Assembly: GCA_902493835.1 (NCBI GenBank)
Contig: CABURG010000001.1
Span: 1 to 62,520 of the forward strand
From: an uncultured Collinsella sp.
GTDB lineage: Bacteria > Actinomycetota > Coriobacteriia > Coriobacteriales > Coriobacteriaceae
Direction of reading: 5' to 3'
Length of the DNA stretch: 62,520 nucleotides
The notes below the pieces were generated by a model that saw only the letters and a list, made by a program, of their open reading frames with translations, ran no database searches and was not told where the DNA came from. Each line of letters opens with the position of its first letter. The first letter of the stretch is position 1. Made by a program: the position numbers and the translations under genes. Positions 1-9,679 of the stretch are shown piece after piece.

Positions 1-200
1 AGGAATTGGACAATGTACATCACTATTTGCTCATTCAGCGGTATCGCTATGGCGATCGCTTCACCTATGAGGAGCATATCGAGAATGAAGACGTAATGGA
101 CAGCAGTCTGCCTGTTATGACACTGCAGCCGCTGGTAGAAAATGCGCTGTCACATGGTATTAACCGCCGGGTAGACGGCGGTAAGATCACCATGAAGGGT
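1..200 (+). other. Fragment of a YesM/LytS-type sensor histidine kinase joined in frame to the ABC transporter (probable chimeric junction)
   Basis: Translation ELDNVHHYLLIQRYRYGDRF...LPVMTLQPLVENALSHG...GGKITM is the His_kinase/HATPase N-box region. Codons are AT-richer than downstream. Junction position approximate. Confidence 0.7.
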
Positions 201-2006
201 CTGCGTCTAGGCGTTGAAGGCGGCCTAATCGACCAGGGCAAGCTCGTCGAGGGCGCCAACGATATGGCGGACAAAATGGGCTCCATGTCGGGCTCCATCG
301 TGACCCAACGCGCCGTGAGCTATGTGCAGGACGAGTACAAGGCACAGGGCATCGACCCCGCCGACGTGCAGAACGCCTACCTGGGCCGCATGGCGACCAC
401 GATGTTTGGGCTGTGTCTGGTGTCGCTGGTCGCCACCATCCTGACCGGTGCCGTTGCTTCGCGCACTGCCTGCTCCATCGCCCGCGACCTGCGCCGCGAG
501 ACCTTCAACAAGGTTATGCACTTCTCACCGGCCGAGGTGGGCAAGTTTAGCCAGGCCTCGCTCATCACCCGCTGCACCAATGACATTCAGCAGATCCAGA
601 TGGCCGCAACCCTGTTTATCCGCATGTGTCTGATGGCCCCCGTCATGGGCATCGTCGCCGTCATGCGCGTCCTGGCCAACCACACCGGCCTGGAGTGGAC
701 CATCGCCGTGGCCATCATCGCGGTTTCGGCCGTTGTCGGCGTGCTCATGGGCCTCACCATGCCCAAGTTCAAAAAGATGCAGAGCTTTGTGGACCGCGTG
801 AACCTTACCGCCCGCGAGCTGCTCGACGGCCTTATGCCCATCCGCTCGTTCAACCGCGAGGAACATGAGCTCGAGCGTTTTAACAAGGCTTCGCTCGACC
901 TGATGACCACGCAGCTCTACACCAACCGCGCCATGAGCTTTATGATGCCGCTCATGATGCTCGTCATGAACTGCATCACCGTGCTCATCGTGTGGTTTGG
1001 CGCGCAGGGCGTGTCCAACGGCGTGATGCAGGTCGGCAACATGATGGCGTTCATCTCCTACACCATGCAAATCGTCATGGCGTTTATGATCCTCACCATG
1101 GTTTCGGTCATCCTGCCCCGCGCCGAGGTCGCAGCCGAGCGCGTGGAAGAGGTCATCACCTGCCCCACGAGCATCAACGACCCTGCCTCGCCCAAACTGC
1201 CTGCTGCCAGCGCGCCGCGCGGTGAGCTCACCTTCCGCGACGTGAGCTTCCAGTATCCCGATGCCCGTGCCGACGTCATCAGCGGCGTGAACTTCACCAC
1301 GCATGCCGGTCAGATGCTCGGCATCATTGGCTCCACAGGCTCGGGCAAGTCCACGCTCGTGCAGTTGATTCCGCGCCTGTACGACGTCACGGGCGGCAGC
1401 ATTTCGCTCGACGGTATCGACGTGCGCGACATGACCCTTTCCGAGCTGCGTCGCCGCATTGGTTACATCCCGCAGCAGGGGCGTCTGTTCTCGGGCACCG
1501 TCGAGAGCAACCTCAAGTTTGCCGGCGACATGGTGAGTGACGAGGATATGCGCCAGGCAGCACGCGTCGCCCAGGCGGAGGACTTTATCGCCGAGCGCGA
1601 GGACGGGTACGACTCCCCCATTAGCCAGGGCGGCTCCAATGTTTCGGGCGGTCAGCGCCAGCGTCTGGCCATCGCCCGCGCGTTGGCCAAAAAGCCCGAG
1701 GTCGTGGTGTTCGATGATTCGTTTAGCGCCCTCGACTACAAGACCGACGCGCGCCTGCGCGAAGAGCTGGCCAAAAACGTCACCGACGCCGCGCTCGTGG
1801 TCGTGGCCCAGCGCATCGCGACCATCATGCACGCCGACCAGATCATCGTGCTCGACGACGGCCACGTAGTGGGCACCGGCACGCACGAGGAGCTGCTGCG
1901 CAGCTGCCCGGCGTACCTGGAGATCGCACAGTCGCAGCTTTCCGCCGAGGAGCTGGGGCTTACCCAAGAAGAAATTGCAGCCGTGATGGAAGGAGGCGAG
2001 CGCTAA
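6..2006 (+). CDS. Multidrug-type ABC exporter, TMD+NBD subunit 1 (true 5' end missing)
   Basis: TM helices; Walker A GSTGSGKST; signature VSGGQRQR; degenerate Walker B VVFDDS and Q in place of the H-switch (VAQR), typical of heterodimeric exporters. Confidence 0.9.
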   Translation: MDNVHHYLLIQRYRYGDRFTYEEHIENEDVMDSSLPVMTLQPLVENALSHGINRRVDGGKITMKGLRLGVEGGLIDQGKLVEGANDMADKMGSMSGSIVTQRAVSYVQDEYKAQGIDPADVQNAYLGRMATTMFGLCLVSLVATILTGAVASRTACSIARDLRRETFNKVMHFSPAEVGKFSQASLITRCTNDIQQIQMAATLFIRMCLMAPVMGIVAVMRVLANHTGLEWTIAVAIIAVSAVVGVLMGLTMPKFKKMQSFVDRVNLTARELLDGLMPIRSFNREEHELERFNKASLDLMTTQLYTNRAMSFMMPLMMLVMNCITVLIVWFGAQGVSNGVMQVGNMMAFISYTMQIVMAFMILTMVSVILPRAEVAAERVEEVITCPTSINDPASPKLPAASAPRGELTFRDVSFQYPDARADVISGVNFTTHAGQMLGIIGSTGSGKSTLVQLIPRLYDVTGGSISLDGIDVRDMTLSELRRRIGYIPQQGRLFSGTVESNLKFAGDMVSDEDMRQAARVAQAEDFIAEREDGYDSPISQGGSNVSGGQRQRLAIARALAKKPEVVVFDDSFSALDYKTDARLREELAKNVTDAALVVVAQRIATIMHADQIIVLDDGHVVGTGTHEELLRSCPAYLEIAQSQLSAEELGLTQEEIAAVMEGGER

Positions 2007-3862
2007 TGGCCGACGAGACCAAGACTCAGATTCCCAAGCCCACCCGCCAGCGCGGTCCCATGGGCCGCATGGGCGGCATGCGTCGCGGCGAAAAGGCCAA
2101 GGACTTTAAGGGCACCATGAGGCAGCTGCTCGGCTATATCGGCCAGCACAAGATTGCCGTGTTTGCCGCCGTCGCCTTTGCCGTGTGCTCGGTCATCTTT
2201 AACATTGTGGGACCCAAGGTGCTCGGCCAGGTTACGACCAAGCTGTTCGAAGGCCTGGTCGCCAAGGTCAACGGCACCGGCGACGTTGACTTTGACTGGA
2301 TCGCCAAGACGCTCGGCTTTTTGCTCTGCCTGTATCTGGCGAGCTCTGTCTGCAGCCTGGTCCAGGGCTGGCTCATGACCGGCGTCACGCAAAAGATCTG
2401 CTACCGCATGCGCAAGGAGATTGCCGCCAAGATTGCCGTCGTGCCGATGAGCTACTTCAACGGTCACAGCAAGGGCGATGTGCTCAGCCGCATCACCAAC
2501 GACGTCGATACACTCGGCCAGTCGCTCAACCAGAGCGTGACGCAGCTTATTACGTCCGTCACGCAGATTATCGGCGTGCTCGTCATGATGCTGTCGATCA
2601 GCCTGCCGCTCACCGGCGTCACCGTGCTCACGCTGCCGGCCGCCGCGATTATCTTAATGGTGATGATTCACTTCTCGCAGCCGTACTTCCGCGAGCAGCA
2701 GCAGGTCCTAGGCACCGTCAACGGCATTATCGAAGAGGATTTTGCCGGCCAGAACGTCATTCAGGTGTTCGACCGCGCCGAGGCTTCGATCGAGGAGTTC
2801 GACCGTCAAAACGACCGCCTCTTTATTAGTGGCTGGCGCTCGCAGTTCCTGTCGGGCCTGATGATGCCGCTTATGAGCTTGGTGGGCAACATGGGCTACG
2901 TGGGCGTCGTCGTGGTGGGCGCGCAGCTCGCGCTGACCGGCAATGCCACGCCCGGCGACATCCAGAGCTTTATCCAGTACGTGCGCAACTTTACGCAGCC
3001 GGTGCAGCAGCTGGGCAACGTGAGCAACACGATGCAGTCGATGGCCGCCGCCACCGAGCGCGTGTTTGAGTTCCTGGCCGCGCCCGAGGAGGAGCAGAAG
3101 GCCGACGCGCAGATTCCCGAGAAGCGCCCCGGCCACGTGGAGTTCGACCATGTCAAGTTTGGCTACACGCCCGACAAGACCATCATCCACGACTTTAGCT
3201 GCGAGGCGAAGCCCGGCCAAACCATTGCCATCGTCGGCCCCACCGGCGCCGGCAAGACCACGCTCATTAAGCTGCTGCAGCGCTTTTACGACGTGGACGG
3301 CGGTTCGCTGCGCGTCGAAGGCGTCGACGTGCGCGACTGGGACCGCGCGGCGCTGCGCGGCGAGTTTGCCATGGTGCTGCAGGACACCTGGCTGTTTAAC
3401 GGCACCATCCGCGAGAACATCCGCTACGGACGCCCCGATGCGACCGATGCCGAGGTCGAGGCCGCCGCACGCGCCGCACGCTGCGACCACTTTATCCATA
3501 CGCTCGCCGGCGGCTACGACTTTATGATCAACGAGGAGGGCACTAACCTGTCGCAGGGTCAGCGCCAGCTCGTGACCATCGCCCGTGCCATTTTGGCCGA
3601 CCGCCCGGCACTGATTCTGGACGAGGCGACTTCCAACGTCGATACCCGTACCGAGGAGCTCATTCAGCGCGCCATGGATGCGCTGATGCAGGGCCGCACC
3701 AGCTTTGTCATCGCGCACCGCCTGTCCACGATCCGCAACGCCGACGTGATCTTGGTGATTCGCGACGGCGACATCGTCGAGAAGGGCACGCACGACGAGC
3801 TGCTCGCCCAGGGCGGCTTCTACGCCGACCTGTACAACTCACAGTTCGACGAAGCGGCGTAG
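2006..3862 (+). CDS. Multidrug-type ABC exporter, TMD+NBD subunit 2
   Basis: GPTGAGKTT, LSQGQRQ, ILDEATS, IAHRLS; start overlaps the upstream stop (TAATG). Confidence 0.95.
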   Translation: MADETKTQIPKPTRQRGPMGRMGGMRRGEKAKDFKGTMRQLLGYIGQHKIAVFAAVAFAVCSVIFNIVGPKVLGQVTTKLFEGLVAKVNGTGDVDFDWIAKTLGFLLCLYLASSVCSLVQGWLMTGVTQKICYRMRKEIAAKIAVVPMSYFNGHSKGDVLSRITNDVDTLGQSLNQSVTQLITSVTQIIGVLVMMLSISLPLTGVTVLTLPAAAIILMVMIHFSQPYFREQQQVLGTVNGIIEEDFAGQNVIQVFDRAEASIEEFDRQNDRLFISGWRSQFLSGLMMPLMSLVGNMGYVGVVVVGAQLALTGNATPGDIQSFIQYVRNFTQPVQQLGNVSNTMQSMAAATERVFEFLAAPEEEQKADAQIPEKRPGHVEFDHVKFGYTPDKTIIHDFSCEAKPGQTIAIVGPTGAGKTTLIKLLQRFYDVDGGSLRVEGVDVRDWDRAALRGEFAMVLQDTWLFNGTIRENIRYGRPDATDAEVEAAARAARCDHFIHTLAGGYDFMINEEGTNLSQGQRQLVTIARAILADRPALILDEATSNVDTRTEELIQRAMDALMQGRTSFVIAHRLSTIRNADVILVIRDGDIVEKGTHDELLAQGGFYADLYNSQFDEAA

Positions 3863-3895
3863 GCTCTGCCGCAGGGAACGGATAATGCCCGAGAA

Positions 3896-3928
3896 CGGGG
3901 GCGCAGGAAAGCCTGCGCCCCCGCTTTT
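3896..3928 (+). terminator. Intrinsic terminator after the ABC pair
   Basis: 12-bp stem CGGGGGCGCAGG/CCTGCGCCCCCG followed by CTTTT. Confidence 0.8.
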
Positions 3929-3987
3929 CGTCCTTCGGCCCTCGAACCGCCTCCCCTGGGGTCTGATTGACGATCCTTCCAGGCTTC

Positions 3988-4217
3988 GTGGGCAAAAAAT
4001 GGCAAATATGAGTACTGTTACATTTTTAGTAGCAGCCAAAACAGCCCCAAATACCGTTCTCACGACCTGCATGAGCCCCTAAATTGATCAAACAGCCTTA
4101 TAACGGGCTTATATATGCTGGCGTTAATGAACATATTTGTTGTTATGTCTATTATCTTATAAGCTCGATATGATACCTCATTAACAACACTACTCATATT
4201 TGGCATTTTTTGCCCAC
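3988..4217. mobile_element. AT-rich MITE-like element, 230 bp, with 32-bp terminal inverted repeats
   Basis: GTGGGCAAAAAATGGCAAATATGAGTACTGTT (3988-4019) matches the reverse complement of 4186-4217 at 30/32; no coding capacity. Confidence 0.6.
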
Positions 4218-4288
4218 TGGGTGCTCCCCGGGGAACCGGCGACAGGCTTAGAACCCACACGGCATCTTCCCCTCCCGGCGAGCGCCAA

Positions 4289-4339
4289 CGTTTGCCCAGA
4301 TAAAACCTGCCAAAATAAACCTGTCCCTTTTTGGCAGGT
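4289..4339 (-). repeat. Dispersed 51-bp GGGACAGGTTTATTTTGG repeat, copy 1
   Basis: Reverse complement matches 7437-7487 at 50/51; partial copy at 9756-9792. Confidence 0.85.
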
Positions 4340-4356
4340 TTCGGGGTGACAAGGGC

Positions 4357-4385
4357 TTGCACTTTAGCGTGCGACAGCGGATAAT
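4357..4385 (+). promoter_or_regulatory. Putative housekeeping-sigma promoter for DAHP synthase
   Basis: TTGCAC-17 bp-GATAAT. Confidence 0.55.
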
Positions 4386-4437
4386 GCCGTGCATTCGACA
4401 ATTCACGCTTTGACTTATTTGATTGAGGAGGCCCCGC

Positions 4438-5469
4438 ATGGCCATGGATTTCAAACGCAGGTTGCCGATCCCCATGGAGATCCGCGAGGAAATGCCACTT
4501 TCCGCCGAGCTTACCGCCAAAAAGCAGGCATTCGATGCCGAGGTCGCCAAGGTCTTTACCGGCGAGGACGCGCGCAAGGTACTCATCATCGGCCCGTGCT
4601 CTGCCGACCGCGAGGATTCGGTGCTTGAGTACATGAACCGACTGGCCAAGGTCGCCGAAGAGGTCAAGGACAAGCTCGTCATCATTCCGCGCGTCTACAC
4701 CAACAAGCCGCGCACCAAGGGCACCGGCTACAAGGGCCTGCTGCACAACCCCGACCCCGAGGCGCCCGATGACCTGCTCGAAGGCGTCAAGGCCATCCGC
4801 CATATGCACCTACGCGTTATTGAGGAAACAGGCTTCTTCACCGCCGACGAGATGCTCTATCCGTCCAACTACCAGTACCTCGTTGACCTGCTGAGCTATG
4901 TTGCCGTGGGCGCGCGCTCGGTCGAAAACCAGGAGCATCGCCTGGTATCGAGCGGCATTTCGGTGCCCGTGGGCATGAAGAACCCCACTGCCGGTTCCAC
5001 CACCGTCATGCTCAACTCCATTTACGCCGCCCAGGCGCACCAGAGCTTTATCTTCCGCAACTGGGAGGTCGAGTGCGACGGCAACCCGCTCGCGCACGCC
5101 GTCATGCGCGGCTACATCGGCCTCGATGGGCGCACCTACCCCAACTACCACTACGAGCACCTCGAGCGCCTGGCCGAGCGCTATACCGAGCATGCCGGCT
5201 ATGCCAATCCGGCAGCGGTCATCGACTGCAACCACGACAACTCGGGCAAGCGCCCGCTGGAGCAGTACCGCATTTGCAAAGAGGTGCTCGACAGCTGCCG
5301 CCGTAACGAGTCCATCTCCAAGCTGGTCAAGGGCTTTATGATCGAGTCCTACCTGGAGGACGGCAACCAGCCTGTCGACGGCGGCGTCTTTGGCAAGTCC
5401 ATCACCGACCCGTGCCTGGGCTGGGAAAAGACCGACTACCTCATCCACGAGATCGCGGAGCGGGTGTAG
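4438..5469 (+). CDS. aroG: 3-deoxy-7-phosphoheptulonate (DAHP) synthase, class I
   Basis: IIGPCS, KPRT, VGAR, GMKN, IDCNH, SITDPCLGW motifs; GAGGAGG RBS. The aroF/G/H isoform cannot be resolved. Confidence 0.92.
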   Translation: MAMDFKRRLPIPMEIREEMPLSAELTAKKQAFDAEVAKVFTGEDARKVLIIGPCSADREDSVLEYMNRLAKVAEEVKDKLVIIPRVYTNKPRTKGTGYKGLLHNPDPEAPDDLLEGVKAIRHMHLRVIEETGFFTADEMLYPSNYQYLVDLLSYVAVGARSVENQEHRLVSSGISVPVGMKNPTAGSTTVMLNSIYAAQAHQSFIFRNWEVECDGNPLAHAVMRGYIGLDGRTYPNYHYEHLERLAERYTEHAGYANPAAVIDCNHDNSGKRPLEQYRICKEVLDSCRRNESISKLVKGFMIESYLEDGNQPVDGGVFGKSITDPCLGWEKTDYLIHEIAERV

Positions 5470-5617
5470 GTTACGGCGTTTTACCAAACGCCGTAACCGG
5501 CCGACGCTGCAAACCCGCCAGAGCGGCAATCTGCCTTTCAGCTTCGACGGCATGACCAAAAGGTCAATGCCGCCTCGCTTCAAGGCACCTTGCTCGCTCT
5601 GGCGGGTTTTCGCTGAC
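5468..5617 (+). repeat. ~150-nt structured repeat / candidate ncRNA, copy 1
   Basis: Same stem architecture as 23547-23695 with compensatory substitutions. Confidence 0.75.
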
Positions 5618-5671
5618 GTTTTTCTACCAGCGTCGTTGCCAAAGCTGGCACTTGGGGACGCTCCTTTTGGG

Positions 5672-5837
5672 GTAGTCGTTGGGGACATTCTTAAACGACT
5701 ACCCAGAATGAGAGTGGATAATCTCCCGTTTTTGTGGCCTGCTTTTCGAGCGAAAGTGAGAGATTACCCACTCTCATCGAGCAAGTGTCCGAAAATCCAC
5801 CCTCATTCCTTCTTAGGGCCCTCCGTCCCCGAGGGAT
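5672..5837. repeat. Mosaic of short REP-like modules shared with 36119-36340 and 40883-40923
   Basis: TAGTCRTTGGGGACRTTCTTAAACGACTA; GTGGATAATCTCCC...GAGATTACCCAC hairpin; CCTCCGTCCCCRAGGGAT. Confidence 0.75.
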
Positions 5838-5925
5838 CGAGGGTCGTCTGCCGAATGGTCGATACGGCAGTCCTGCGTCCATGTCACACTCAGAGATGGC
5901 CTGACCCAACCTGGAAGGAGCCTCC

Positions 5926-6576
5926 ATGAGCCTTGACAACGTAACTCTGCGCGCCGCCACGCTCGATGACCTGACCGGCATCGCCGCCATTTACAACCAG
6001 CTGTGGTGCAACACACTACGCAACCGCGGCGACGTCGAAGCCGCCGATTTCTGCGCGCGCTTTAACATCGCTATGCAGCTGCAGCGCTCCCCCATCGCAC
6101 TCGTCGCCGAGGCCGAGGGCCGCACTATCGCCGCCTGTTGTATCGGCATCTTCGAGGACGGCAAGCCGCGCACCAATCCCACGTGGGAGCCCTGCTACGA
6201 CGAGATGCTCGCCCAGGCAACCGAGATGGCAAAGACCGCCGATGCCAAGCTCGAGGGCTCGCTCTTTGGCGACAGTCGTGAAAAGGCCACGGCCGACCGC
6301 TTTGCCGCCACGGGCAACGAGTATGCCCAGGGCCAGCTCAACCTGATCATCATCGTGCCCGAGTGGCAGGGCAAGGGACTCGGCCGCGAGCTCATCGACC
6401 TTGCGCGCGCCGAGCTCGCCAAGGCAGGCTGCACCAAGTTCTTCCTGATGAGCGACTGCAACTCCGACTGGCAGTTCTACGAGCACCTCAATATGAAACG
6501 CATCCTGGAAGATCACAGCCAAGACACCGGCGACGGCTTTATCGTCTACATGTACGGAGGCGACACGCAGGATTAA
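5926..6576 (+). CDS. GNAT family N-acetyltransferase
   Basis: Acetyl-CoA motif VPEWQGKGLGRELI, C-terminal FYEHL; AAGGAG RBS. Confidence 0.88.
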   Translation: MSLDNVTLRAATLDDLTGIAAIYNQLWCNTLRNRGDVEAADFCARFNIAMQLQRSPIALVAEAEGRTIAACCIGIFEDGKPRTNPTWEPCYDEMLAQATEMAKTADAKLEGSLFGDSREKATADRFAATGNEYAQGQLNLIIIVPEWQGKGLGRELIDLARAELAKAGCTKFFLMSDCNSDWQFYEHLNMKRILEDHSQDTGDGFIVYMYGGDTQD

Positions 6577-6621
6577 CCTGCACGCCGCCTTGCGGGCTTT
6601 CTCCAAGACGGCCCAAACCAA

Positions 6622-7200
6622 TCAGCCAAAACGAGCTAACAGAGCGCGCTCTCCTCGACAATAGGGACATTCATCCTGCGAAGCGTGATATAGATGACCG
6701 CGCGGACACTCAACCGTCTCAGACAGATACAGGTCGAGCAGGCGCGCCCATGTGCGCGCATCAAGGCGCTCATGCGCTTTGCCAAAGAGCGACCGGCGGA
6801 AAGCCTCGCCCATAAGGTGGCCAAAGTCATTGATCGCAAGAGCGTAACTAGGGACAACATATCCGATCAGCGTCCCCGCAAAGGAGCTGCGCCCATTGCA
6901 CACGCAGCTATTGAGCGGAAGAGCCGGAATATCGTCGTCTAGGTCAAAAATTCTAGGTCCAGCTCGCCAGAACTGTACGGATGAATTCCGCGATTGAGCA
7001 TCTTGAAGATATGGACCGCGAGTCCAAAGTCGTCCGTCTGAGGTGTAAACACCGGGGCATTCGTGGACGCCGCCAAGCTCTCGAAATCGCTGATGCCGGC
7101 TGTCTCCATGAGCTAAAGCACTCGGAGGCAATATAGCCGGGAGCGGCGCTTGCAGTCCTATGTGTCACATCCGAAAGCGTAAAGCTATACGAGCGCCTTG
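6622..7200 (-). pseudogene. Degenerate remnant resembling a YegI-like protein kinase with a C-terminal CxxGH...CPYC tail
   Basis: Kinase-like pieces in different frames (TASAAPGYIASEC; GGVHECPGVY; ARTWARLL...ECPRGHLYHASQDECPYC); no intact start. Confidence 0.35.
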
Positions 7201-7436
7201 ATCGTATCCATACCCGCACGCGCCGAAACCTCGCAGCCCTTCTGCCCGTTGAGCACGCACTCGAGTAGCGTATCGTATGCGCGCGGGGCTTCGGGGGCCA
7301 GGTGTGCCCTGTTAAACATGCCCTCGGGTCGCACGTTTCCCTTCGAGTCGATCATACAAGCCCCCCAATCTGTTTGGTTTCCCCAGATTGTGAACCCGCA
7401 CACCCAAGCCGCACGGCCCGCCGTTCAGCTGAAACC

Positions 7437-7487
7437 ACCTGCCAAAAAGGGACAGGTTTATTTTGGTAGGTTTTATCTGGGCAAACG
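7437..7487 (+). repeat. Dispersed 51-bp repeat, copy 2
   Basis: ACCTGCCAAAAAGGGACAGGTTTATTTTGGTAGGTTTTATCTGGGCAAACG, inverted relative to 4289-4339. Confidence 0.85.
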
Positions 7488-7502
7488 CCCAAGCCGCCAC
7501 AC

Positions 7503-7537
7503 AAAAAGTCCGCCGGCCATTGAGGCCGGCGGACTTT
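7503..7537 (-). terminator. Intrinsic terminator after aguA copy 1
   Basis: AAAGTCCGCCGGCC/GGCCGGCGGACTTT stem; T-tract on the minus strand. Confidence 0.8.
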
Positions 7538-7575
7538 CGCGTGCGGACAATCAAACCCTGTTTACCATGGGGCTA

Positions 7576-8697
7576 CTATTTACAGCGCGCCTTGGGCTGC
7601 TGCTGGGTGATGCAGTGGATGTTGCCGCCGCCGTAGATAACCTCGCGAGTCATGATACCGATGACTTCACGGTCCGGATAAGCAGCCTGGATATCCTTGA
7701 GCGCCTGGGCGTCGTTGGGGTCACCGAACTGCGGCACAAGCACTGCTCCGTTGATGGACAGGAAATTGAGATAGCTCGGCTCGAAGGCGTCCTCGGGAGT
7801 ACGCGGCAGCACGCCCTCGACGGGATCAATCGTGCTGGCCTCCTCTTCGGTCATATATACCGAGGTCGCAGGCATGATTACCTTGTGGACCTTGAGTTTG
7901 CGGCCACGGGCATCCGTCGTCTCGGAAAGCGTCTTATACGCCTCCTGGCATTCCTTGTAGAACTTATGGTTGGGATCATCGGTCCACATGCAGCAGACTT
8001 CGCCGGGCGCACTGAAACATGCGACGTCGTCCACATGACCGTTCGTTTCGTACGGATCGATACCGTCCTTGATCCAGATAACCTTCTCGATACCGAGATA
8101 CTCAGAGAGCTTCTCCTCAATCTGCTCCTTGGTGTACTGCGGGTTGCGGTCCTCGTTGAGCAGACACATCTCGGTGGTCACGACGGTGCCTTGACCATCA
8201 CAGTTGAACGAGCCGCCCTCGAGGATGTAATCCTCGGGACGATAACGATTAACCTGCTCAAGCTGTGCCACCTGCAGGCCAATGGAAGCGTCCTTGTCCC
8301 ACGGGAAGTACAGGCCGTCAATGAAACCGCCGTAAGCATTGAAGTGGAAGTGCGAAAGGGCTACCTCACCATTGTCATTAACGAGGAACGCCGGGCCGGG
8401 GTCGCGAATCCAGCTGTCGTTGTACTCCATGTGGATAACGCGCACGTTCTCAACACCGTCGAAGATCTCGCACACCGCGGGGAAGTCTTCGGTGTTGACG
8501 CCTACCGTGATGGGCTGAAAGCGTGCAACGGTCTTAATGATCTCGGTGAAGACCTTCTGCGCCGGCTTGGCGCCGCAGCGCCACACGTCGGAGCGGTGCG
8601 GCCACAGAATCCAGGTGCGCTCCTGCTCCTCATACTCGCCGGGCATATAGAACCCGTCCTTCTTAGGCGTGGATTCACTCTCGTAGATGGTCTTCAT
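7576..8697 (-). CDS. aguA: Agmatine deiminase, copy 1 (intact)
   Basis: MPGEY, WPHRSDVW, DSWIRD, LEGGS, ETNGHVDD, GGGNIHCITQQQP; start moved to MKTIYES behind an AAGGAG RBS. Confidence 0.95.
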   Translation of the reverse strand: MKTIYESESTPKKDGFYMPGEYEEQERTWILWPHRSDVWRCGAKPAQKVFTEIIKTVARFQPITVGVNTEDFPAVCEIFDGVENVRVIHMEYNDSWIRDPGPAFLVNDNGEVALSHFHFNAYGGFIDGLYFPWDKDASIGLQVAQLEQVNRYRPEDYILEGGSFNCDGQGTVVTTEMCLLNEDRNPQYTKEQIEEKLSEYLGIEKVIWIKDGIDPYETNGHVDDVACFSAPGEVCCMWTDDPNHKFYKECQEAYKTLSETTDARGRKLKVHKVIMPATSVYMTEEEASTIDPVEGVLPRTPEDAFEPSYLNFLSINGAVLVPQFGDPNDAQALKDIQAAYPDREVIGIMTREVIYGGGNIHCITQQQPKARCK

Positions 8698-8875
8698 TTC
8701 AAGCTCCTTGATCTCGGTGCTTTTGCTTGACGAGACCATGATGCGGCCGCACCGAGATGTTCTCAATAGTCCCTCGAGCCCCTTTCAGCGACCAACGGTA
8801 TACCATTCGCTGACCTAAAGTTCTATTCAGGCCGAGAACATGACATACTGGGTTCCACAATGGAAAGGACGCCCT

Positions 8876-9679
8876 ATGCCCCCATGCAATAAACAGCAGA
8901 CTATTGAGTTGGACAGTACGACCTGGACTGCTCTCAACGAGCTCACGCTTGCAATCCACGCATCACACGGTGTCGATAAGCTGCAAAAGGAGACCCTCGA
9001 GGGAACGACAGGGCTCGTGCCCCATCGGATCGCCATGTTCGACCTGATCGAGGCGGCAGGCAGTGACGCCCCACGCTACGTCCACCCCGCAAGCAGCGGA
9101 ATGGACGACCGCGCGCTGAGCGACTACTACAACCGCTACGCCGCGATGGACTATACAACATGGAGCTTTGACCTACATAAGGTCGGCGTCTACCGCGACC
9201 TCGACCTCGTGGACGTCGAGCGACGCGATGCCACACCCATCTATCGCAAATGGATGGAACCACAGGGCGTCTACTTTGGCTGTACGGCCACGCTCGCGCA
9301 CAACGACAGCCCGCTAGGAAGCATCACCCTGTTTCGCGAACGCACGGCCGGAGACTTCACCGACACCGAGCTCGCAATCCTGCTCGAAGTCGCTCGGCAC
9401 GCGAGCCTCGCGCTCGCCAACCTCTATCCTCGGGGCATTAAACTCACCCAGACCGAAGACACAAACCAGCTGAATGTTATCATTGCAGAACACAATATCC
9501 AACCGCGCGAAGCCGAAGTCATGCGGCTCATGCTCGACGGCAAAACAAACAAACAGATGGCAAACGAGCTATTCATAAGCGAGTCAACCGTCAAGAAGCA
9601 CGTCAACGCCATCTATCGCAAGCTCGGCGTCAGCAACCGCCTGGGCCTCATGACTGCCATGCAAAACATCCCGCGATAA
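8876..9679 (+). CDS. LuxR-family regulator with a soluble GAF-like sensor, divergent from aguA1
   Basis: C-terminal [50 protein letters not shown] before ATG 8876. Confidence 0.9.
   Translation: MPPCNKQQTIELDSTTWTALNELTLAIHASHGVDKLQKETLEGTTGLVPHRIAMFDLIEAAGSDAPRYVHPASSGMDDRALSDYYNRYAAMDYTTWSFDLHKVGVYRDLDLVDVERRDATPIYRKWMEPQGVYFGCTATLAHNDSPLGSITLFRERTAGDFTDTELAILLEVARHASLALANLYPRGIKLTQTEDTNQLNVIIAEHNIQPREAEVMRLMLDGKTNKQMANELFISESTVKKHVNAIYRKLGVSNRLGLMTAMQNIPR

Noticed and set aside
1500..1830. Degenerate Walker B and H-switch in ABC subunit 1 as a sign of decay
   Set aside because: Normal for asymmetric heterodimeric exporters.
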